A stretch of 64,000 bases of DNA from assembly GCF_022539665.2 (NCBI RefSeq), contig NC_081331.1, positions 10,416,001-10,480,000 on the forward strand, in the 5' to 3' direction. This document shows positions 36,773-44,782 of the stretch, piece after piece (the stretch's first letter is position 1; every line of letters begins with the position of its first letter). The position numbers and the translations under genes are program-made. Origin of the DNA: Daphnia carinata. Lineage: Eukaryota. The notes under the pieces are model-generated. The model saw only the letters and a list, made by a program, of their open reading frames with translations. It ran no database searches and had not been told where the DNA came from.

Positions 36773-36856
36773 TCGTCGATGAGTGAGGATCGTTAGTCGC
36801 GTTGGAAACGTTCCTCAAGTTAAGAGTTCGTGACTAGATCTGACACTCGTCCACGA
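36773..36856 (+). ncRNA. mir-279: pre-miRNA, miR-279/286 family (copy a)
   Basis: 3p arm TGACTAGATCTGACACTCGTCC (36831-36852, seed GACUAGA) pairs with 5p GATGAGTGAGGATCGTTAGTCGCG; lower stem TCGT/ACGA. Confidence 0.9.
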
Positions 36857-36919
36857 CGTCGACTCTCCTTACTCCGGTGATTTTCTTTCGAAATTTGAAA
36901 CGGTATGTTTTATTCATAT

Positions 36920-36993
36920 TTGCTTGTTTCTTTGGTGGTCTAGCTGTATGAGGTTTTTAAGTTCATAAAGCTAGATCAGCAAGGCAACTAGTG
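36920..36993 (+). ncRNA. mir-9: pre-miRNA, miR-9/79/4 family
   Basis: 5p TCTTTGGTGGTCTAGCTGTATGA (36929-36951) differs at two positions from canonical miR-9. 3p ATAAAGCTAGATCAGCAAGGCA (36965-36986) is miR-79/miR-4-like. The arms are complementary. Confidence 0.95.
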
Positions 36994-37040
36994 GAGTTGT
37001 GTTCAGCGACATTTATATTACACATCTCATCTTCAACATA

Positions 37041-37150
37041 GAGTAACGGGATTTAGGAACTACCGCTTGTGGTTGATTGAATTGTCGGTCTCATTAATCG
37101 ATTCAATTGTCTATTTCTATCACAGTCGTAGTTACTAGATACCGATGCTC
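37041..37150 (+). ncRNA. mir-2944: pre-miRNA, K-box (miR-2/6/11) family, miR-2944/miR-11-like
   Basis: 3p TATCACAGTCGTAGTTACTAGA (37118-37139, seed AUCACAG); 5p TAGGAACTACCGCTTGTGGT is miR-5/2944-5p-like; extended lower stem GAGTA..CGG/CCG..TGCTC. Confidence 0.88.
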
Positions 37151-37193
37151 GTTCGTCTCTTTAATTTATTTCTATTGTCCTACACACAGCCCC

Positions 37194-37275
37194 CCAGTGC
37201 TGAGTCTAGTGGTTGATGTGCTAGACTTACAGCTTGAATTTTCGGTTGCATAGCACCACGGGATTCAGCCGCTGG
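37194..37275 (+). ncRNA. pre-miRNA, miR-29 family, miR-998/995-like
   Basis: 3p TAGCACCACGGGATTCAGCCGC (37251-37272, seed AGCACCA) pairs with 5p GCTGAGTCTAGTGGTTGATGTGC; lower stem CCAGT/GCTGG. Confidence 0.88.
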
Positions 37276-37342
37276 TGCGTCGTGGATTTTTAATTATTTA
37301 GAAATATGGAAAATGTTTATAAAATGTGTGGATTCGAGACAG

Positions 37343-37413
37343 GCAACAGGGGAGAACCTGACTCAGTTTGATTCATATAATTGTTAGTCACTGGGTACGT
37401 TCGCCCTTGGTGA
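37343..37413 (+). ncRNA. mir-309: pre-miRNA, miR-309/3/318 family
   Basis: 3p TCACTGGGTACGTTCGCCCTTG (37388-37409, seed CACUGGG) pairs with 5p CAGGGGAGAACCTGACTCAGTTTGA. Confidence 0.85.
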
Positions 37414-37844
37414 ATGGATCTTACATTCCTTCAGTTTAGTTTGAATTTGAATTTCTTCCAGATGTCGCTGAAAAAATATCCAACCGTCGAGTATGGTTTG
37501 ACCTTATTTCTTTTGGTATGCATTAAACTTTCTTTTTATGACCTCCCTCCGTTTCTTCCGAGTCCCGTTAACTGTCGTTGACCTGGAATGGGGTCGTACA
37601 CGTGTGGACGTTTGGGCCAATCCTGTGCGAGCTCTCTAACTTGCCTGAGCTCGTGAACTTGTTCCGGCCGTTTTACCCTCTTTTGACCCCTTTTGGAGGG
37701 GGGTGTGTGTAGTCTGTGTAGGGTAGTCGAGTGGTTCCCGAACTTTATTCTACGGGCTTCCTTCGACAAAGCAACATCAGAGAAGCATCGCTCCAAAATT
37801 GGCCCATTTGGATGCACATGGAAGTGGACAGCTTGAGCGTGCGT

Positions 37845-37915
37845 CAGTCGGCGAGTTCGGTTTTAGTTATATTTTTAATTTATTCGTATGACTAGAACCC
37901 ACACTCGTCCGGTTG
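37845..37915 (+). ncRNA. mir-279: pre-miRNA, miR-279/286 family (copy b)
   Basis: 3p TGACTAGAACCCACACTCGTCC (37889-37910) pairs with 5p GGCGAGTTCGGTTTTAGTTATA; lower stem CAGTC/GGTTG. Confidence 0.88.
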
Positions 37916-37990
37916 CTGTATTCAATTTCATCTTCATCGAGTACTCTTCTACGTTTTTTTTTTATTGCAAGTGTAGTTTCTTAACAGTTC

Positions 37991-38073
37991 CTTGGTATTT
38001 ATCGGTGAATTCAACCGTGGTTTTGTTGATTTAAAGATACATCACCGGGTAGAATTCATCCAGAACTATCAAG
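37991..38073 (+). ncRNA. mir-36: pre-miRNA, miR-36 family (nematode miR-35-42 seed)
   Basis: 3p TCACCGGGTAGAATTCATCCAG (38042-38063, seed CACCGGG) pairs with 5p GGTGAATTCAACCGTGGT; lower stem CTTGGTA/TATCAAG. Confidence 0.88.
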
Positions 38074-38500
38074 CTTCATGCTTCTTTGTCATTGATGCCT
38101 TTGTAAATATTGTAATGTACTATCAATATTGGAAAATACAACTGATTACATGTCTGAAACTTGATTTGCAATATTTTATAAGTTGCAAAGTAAAAGAAAG
38201 TAAAGTTGGTAACTTGGTAAACTGTTTAATGAACTACATTTTCTGAATGTATAATGAATAACTGGTAAGTGATTTGTAAATACATCTGGTAAAGAACATT
38301 CAATAATGAAAGTTTATATTTTGAAAAACTTACCAGCAAATGTATGATAAGCCTTCTGTACTGTTTCTTGAAATTGGCAGCTAATGGACAATAAGTACAC
38401 ATTTTTTAATACTGCTTCTTCCAATTGTATATTGGACAACTAAATTTTCACATACAAAAACTCGTTTACAAAAAATAGCTCTTTGGTTTCAGCAACTCGT

Positions 38501-39486
38501 TTACAACGAAGTAGCTTTAGGTTTGAGCAACAAAATTATCTCATAGCATTCGTCTAGGTTAAAGCGAATTTTGTACGAAGTAGCCGATGTAGGGTCAGCG
38601 TTTGTGTCAACGGTTAATAGCGTTTCCACGTCACACCTGTCCTCTACAAAAGAAACAATGATTTTCATATTAGACTGCTGAAATATACTGCTTAACTTAC
38701 CAAACAGTTTAGTTACTTCTTCTACAGACACACTGAGAGGAGGCCCTGGATATTGTGATTGATCATATTGCATGGTGTCAAGCAAATAGGCGAAATTTTC
38801 GTTCAACAGGCTCTTCAATAACTTTGCATAACTTTGTGTTAAACAAAATAGAACATTGCTGTGAAAATCAAAATTCCAAGAAAAACTGCACAAAGTTACA
38901 AACCGAACTCTGTCTTCAGGTAAAAGTGCAACCAGAGATCCACGATCCCAGATTCCATCAAACTTGCCACAGACAGATGTGTCCAAAGCAAATAAATCTG
39001 AATGATAGATTTTTAGACGTCCATCATCACTCTACATACAAGATTTAGAACACATCAAGCTCCAGCCTTGTAATGGTAAGTGATTACTTACAGCTTACTT
39101 ACAATGTAGAATTGCAGGGCTCCCTCACTCCCTTTTGTGTAGGTTATTCCCTGTTCTTGAAAGAACTCCAAAATTGGTTTCTCTACTCCATCTAATCCGA
39201 CCACTTCATGTCCTTGATCATAGATCCTAGAACAGAAAATAGGTTTGCAAAACGTAAAAATGAATTAAGCAAATATTACAGGCTGAAGATAGAGGAAGCA
39301 AAAGTTTACTTGCCATTTTAAATCATGGCTTTTGCCACACAAAGGGACAAATATCCGCAATTTTCCCTCTTTAATTTGTTGAACGCGATAAAAAAAACTC
39401 ACAAGAAATCTATTTACGTCAGATTTATGCCAAGGTGAATCCTCTGCTTGCCATCTCTTGGACCAATACTCGACACGCTCCTCCAT
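38501..39486 (-). CDS. TPMT: Thiopurine S-methyltransferase-like SAM-dependent methyltransferase
   Basis: YWSKRWQAEDSPWH, RIFVPLCGKSHDLKW|IYDQGHEVVGLDG, GKFDGIWDRGSLVALLPEDR, YPGPPLSV. Five exons, the first intron GC-AG. Confidence 0.92.
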
Positions 39487-40637
39487 CTTTCGAATAGTAA
39501 TCGTAAATGGCTTGTAAATTCGTTTTCAACGAACCACGTCTGATTCTAAAATAGCAGAAGCCGACGACTATCTCACGAGTCATGCTCCCGTTTGTCACAT
39601 TCTTGAAATTTACTCACGCTGCCATTCAACGTTAATTCATAAAGTACGAGTATAGGAGCACGATCGTGCTCGTGTTAAAATATGATCATCGACGATCATA
39701 TTTTCTTTGCAATTATAGAAACAGCTTTTGCGCCAGGGAGGGATTCTTACTTAAAAATCCCTAGCTACAGATGACATTTTTTAGCATAGACTACCTCTTT
39801 TTGCCTGTTTTCAAGCAATGTTTTGTTAAGGCTACCATCTTGTGTTTAGCTTTAAGCTCTTTTATTCTCAAACGCCAAACCTGTTCTTCACTTTGAGCAG
39901 CTCTGCATGTGCATTTTAAGTCATATTTTGTACCCTATGATTGAACTAGACCGATTGGAATATTTTTTTTAATGTGAAGAGGAGGAAAGGGTTGTTTGAG
40001 TTTTGGAACGGTTTGTTTTTCTCCGAAAATGCTGTCACTTACAGTTTTCTGTTTGACTATGTCATTTTCTTAACATTATCTCTTTGCACAGTTCGAATGT
40101 TTTTAATTCTATATTTTTTTTAATTTTTATTTTGCCAACTATTGATTTACCAAGCTTTACAAAAAATGCACGGCGAGAGTGGAGTCGAAATTGTTGGGTT
40201 TAAGGCGACGTCATGTAGGGCAACTAATCTATAACAGTCAACATTTCAAAACATTCATACCTTTGGTACTCCGACTGTTCCCTTTTTGGTCCCCTACAGC
40301 GATAAGCAAGTGTTGTGCGGTGATATCGAAGTTGGTTTCCGATAATGTAAATTCTCATGTTTTAGTTTCAAAAAATAAATCCAGGTCTTCATCGACCGAC
40401 GATTTGCTCGAACCAAATATTGAACAATATACCGCAAAAAGCCTTTATATTAAGACATACGCACGGCACTTTTCATTATAACTGTTCGAGAACAGCGTTA
40501 CATTCTCCTATTACAATACATGCAAATGTATTACATAAAGTAACAACGTGGATTCCCTTAACAAATCTTTTCATTAGAGGATTGCTTTCAGATAGTATTG
40601 TTGCCATTATTGATAATAATAATTATATATTTCGTAT

Positions 40638-42253
40638 TTAGAGCGACTTGCTGTGCGTATCACGTAGGATTGCGTCGGCTATTCCGACAGCTGTGCGATC
40701 CAACCTGAAAAGCAATAATTAATGAGCAAACTTTAACGAGAAAACGGGAACGGGTTTATGAACTAACCAGGTAACAGGACTGGGTTTGAGCAATCCACCT
40801 TCATAAAAACCCAAATGGCCTCCATGCGTCGTCAAAATGAAGGCGGACCTATCGCGGCTTTCTAAATAGAAAAATAAGAGCAAAGATTAAAATTTACCTT
40901 ACAATTTTGCGGTGCGAATTTTTCGATTTTTTTACTAACCGGCATATTGCTTAGGCCACGTAAGCAAAGGTTCGGGTATAATAGGGTCATCTTGTGCGTT
41001 GATAAATACGAGAGGAATTGTTATATTTTCCAGGTACAGACAACAGCTAGTTTGTTCGTAGAGCTCGTTAATTGATTCGTATCCAGCTACACGGCTGTTA
41101 AACAAATAACAGATCTTATGTTAAATTACATTTCTATCACTGATTGACTTTTGAATTTTCAACATTGTACCGAGTATAAGCATCGTCGAACTCCGGTAGT
41201 GTTGCAGCTGACAAAATGCTTCGTTCGCAAAGCTGATAACGAGCTTTTACGTCTTCGGTCAAAACAATTTGCTGATGGGCCATTAGAACACGCTTCATAT
41301 TTTCGGTCATGATGTACAAGTAAAATCTTCGGAAGTTGGACCATAGCAACATATGCTGCATGGCACTGTGGGACAAAAGTCAAAGTCAAGAATGATAGGA
41401 TGAAAAAAAAAAGTTGCGTTATCTCCATACCCGAGCGCGTCGTAACCCTGACAAACTGAGATTCCCCCCATGATATTTTTTGGCATATCTGGTCGTTTCT
41501 CGCCCATATACTTTGTAACAATGTTGGCACCCATACTAAAACCTACTAGAACCATCCTTGTGTGTGCGTAGTTCTCCTGCAAGTTGATAACCATTTCATG
41601 GAAATCCTTTGGTACAACCATAACTGAAAATACGATGGGAAGTCAATTTGATGGTTTTCATTGCTCCGATGTGATTGATAGCTACACATCTGTAGCCTTT
41701 CCTCTGTGCATGGTGTACAAATGTGCGTATATAAATTGACTCACTTGAGTTGCAAATGCCAGGACATAATACTAAAGTAACATCCTCTGTTTGAAAAATG
41801 AAATTATATTAAAGTGGTGAATAATAACATAATTTGTACTAAGACTCCAACTACCTCCAGATGAATGGACAGATAGGGGCTGGTAAACATCATAGGTTAA
41901 TGTAGCTCCATCATCCAAGAGAAGGGACACCCTCTCCCCAATTGGCCAAGGACATTTCATTCTTCCAATCAAACTGTGCATGACAGTTTGAATGTGGCCA
42001 CTAAAACCCCATATACGTGTTGGTATATATCTAAATGAAGACATTTTTGTCAGTTTCGGGGAAATTAAATGCACAACGCTTCAACTAGGGAAACTTACGC
42101 TTGCTCTAGTTCTGGTGCAGCTTCCTTCAGCAAAGCAGCAAATTTCTCATCTTTGCACAGAATCTCAGGTTTTCTTGGCTGGCTCGCAATATTTAGGATT
42201 CGGAAAATGAATAACAAAATAAACGCGATAAAAGCCACGATGAACGGACTCAT
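40638..42253 (-). CDS. ABHD2: Abhydrolase domain-containing protein 2 (Hydr2-like); +1 frameshift at ~41608-41610 in this sequence
   Basis: N-terminal signal-anchor MSPFIVAFIAFILLFIFRILN, YIPTRIWGFSGHIQT, LCPGICNSSESIYIRTFV, nucleophile GFSMG, INAQDDP, HGGHLGFYEGG. TAA at 40640-40638. Confidence 0.9.
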
Positions 42254-44317
42254 GACGATGATAAAATTTTCCTGAAAAGATAAACTTCGTAAAAAATTCT
42301 TGCAGTCCATGCTGATATCGTTTTCATACCTTACTGTAGCTAAACGTTGTTGAAAACGTATTCCTCTCGTTACTCCCCTCATTCACCGCCTTCCCAAGAA
42401 GACCAAGAGCAACTCCCAACACGACTATGTGTTCACGATTTTTAACGTCTCCTAACAACAAACCCACCCGAGCCGCCGACTATAACCTTGATAACAGAAG
42501 CAGCGCTATCGTCATCTAGCGGGAAAAACTTTTGGCCAAACCTACGCTGCTGTGCTAAAAAATGGTACCGTTGGATTAAAAAAATGTTGAAGTAATAATT
42601 TCCTGCGGTGAACTAGCACCGGTAAATAAATACAAAAATAAACCGAACGTTACGGAAGGAAAATTACGACAAGGCGAAGTCTTCGATTCTGTAGGGAGGT
42701 TTCAGGCTGGCAGTTGCTTAGGGTTCTATTAATGTTTACTTTGACAGTCTTAATGATTCAATATGGGTTGACAGATCTTTGCCTGGCATTTGTGACATCA
42801 TCACACCCAGAAAGGTCAATTCTTGTATATGTATCTTACGTGCGATTAACCTCCAAGAATCATACAAATGACATATCAACTTATTAGGACCAATTCCGAT
42901 TTTTTTAAATTTAAACAAGTTTCTTGAACTGAATCTCCGAGATGACAACGTAACGTCCTTCAAAGCTCTCTAATAAGGTGTGGAGATGCGGAAGTGCCTT
43001 AGAAAGAAAAAGGCCATGCAAACCAGCATGCACCTAGCCGCAAGCATGCTTGCTTGGTTGTTCGCTTGACGAGTTCAAGGTTTCGTTCTTCAGACTCTTG
43101 AAACTCACAATACTGGGTGCGTCTGACACACGAGCAACAGTTCATCTAATATTTAACCATTTAAAACTACTAATAAGATATGTTCCCAATAAATCTAAAT
43201 ATCTTCTCAAGCAAAACGTTTTCGAACATGTGCTATCAGTTTGTACCATATGGCGATCATTTCAGAAGATGAATTTGTGCAGAACTATCCAAGCAAGTCG
43301 TAGACTGATGAAAAAGGAGTGTATGTGAACAAGTACCCTTAGATTCCATAACGGAGATCCAAAGGGCTTCGTCTCATTTGGACTCTTCGGTAAAGGTCAT
43401 CGACACTGCGAGCTGACGAAGGCCTTCTTCACACACACAGACACACACACACCCGGCAACGGGGATATTGCTGAATATGTATGTAGTTGTGGCTCGTTTC
43501 CCTTATACCAGTGTTCGATATATCGGCTGCTTCCTCCTTTTTTTTTATTGTGCTTCCAGTATTGGTTTGCTATTCATTTTGACCAGAATTAGCAGGAGTT
43601 AATGATTCATTTGTATGAACTCTTGTTTCCATGGAACACAAGCAAAACATAATGCATTCCAAACAACTCAGGTGATTGGAGTACTGTTACCGTATAAACA
43701 TGGCTCCGTAGTCTATACACACTCCTTCCCACTAGTCGAATCTCGTTTTCGTTGTTTATTTTCCCAGTGACCAGCCAGCACTTGACTAGCTTAGGTTTAT
43801 AACCATTTCTTTTTTTTTCATTTAAGAGCAGCCACCATCTGGGTACAGCGGTTTGTTTGTTGCCATTGTAATGTGTCTAAAAGGAAGTTGATTGCAGAAT
43901 CATAGATAGAAGTCCATGCTGCCACAAGTTCAATAGCACTGCTCGATATCGTGAACCTAGTTAGCGAATATCGACTTAGGAGACGAAAGTCTTCTATGTT
44001 ATCGTTTAAAAGTCGTAACACCATCCACGAGTACTTTTATCAAACCAAGTTTATCTGACAAACTTAAGAAAACTAGGTAGAAATGTTTCCATTAATATTT
44101 CGTTCATCCCAACTTTTATTTTCAATAGATATTGATAGTATTTACTTCGTTTCTCATCTCTGATAGCCGTAGTCACTGAGGCACCTCAACCGGCCTCAAT
44201 GGAACGCATTATCAGCACCTATTTTACCAAGAGGATCTGACGCCGCAATCATTTATCAGGAACCGGGAACAAAGTTGGCTGTATTGATTTGTCAGTAGTA
44301 CGACGTCCTTTGCCAAC

Positions 44318-44782
44318 TTAGAGAGCAGATAATAAGATAGTTGAGAATGTGACGACGGCAGCAGCAGTTGTTGCGATAAATGCCCAGCCAGATCCAGCTG
44401 GAATCGATGCTGAATGAACAATGTTGTCGGCTACGAGACCGTCACCGAGGTTACACAAGTCACCCACGCACGCCGTAAAGCAAGTCCGTTCATCCTTTTC
44501 GATCTGGCAGTTGTTCCGCTCAAAGACTTTAGTCCTCCCGTCGCATCCTCGATAGAAGCTCCTTCGTTTTTTTTATTGAAAGTACAGATAAAATTCTTGT
44601 TACTTCAACAATGATATCGATTACGTACTTGACACGTTGAGACGGCCATTCTTCCACTCTTACAATCGTGCACGCATCCCGCGCGCAAGTATCTAATATT
44701 CCATGAGGTAGAGTCGCTGGATCCGTTTCACATGGACTGCTCTCTGAGGTGGACGTGCAAGCGTAACATCGCATTGGACCGT
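44318..44782 (-). CDS. Ly6/uPAR three-finger (quiver/sleepless-like) GPI-anchored protein, last two exons; signal-peptide exon not resolved
   Basis: Exons 44782-44629 and 44561-44318: MRCYACTS...PC...TC...ACTIVR...V|KSFYRGC...NC...TCFTACVGDLCN (10 Cys, terminal CN), then hydrophobic tail WAFIATTAAAVVTFSTILLSAL*. Confidence 0.82.

Noticed and set aside
37328..37428. H/ACA snoRNA reading (ATATAA H-box and terminal ACA)
   Set aside because: The same bases form one better hairpin whose 3p arm is a miR-309/3-family sequence within a miRNA cluster.
37536..37817. 93-aa minus-strand ORF in the miRNA cluster
   Set aside because: No recognisable homology or splice context; explained by local GC richness.
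37460..37860. RNase P, RNase MRP or 7SK RNA
   Set aside because: The conserved CR-I/CR-V or GAUC-stem signatures were not found.
42736..44024. Short ORFs between ABHD2 and the Ly6 gene
   Set aside because: No recognisable domains or consistent exon chain.
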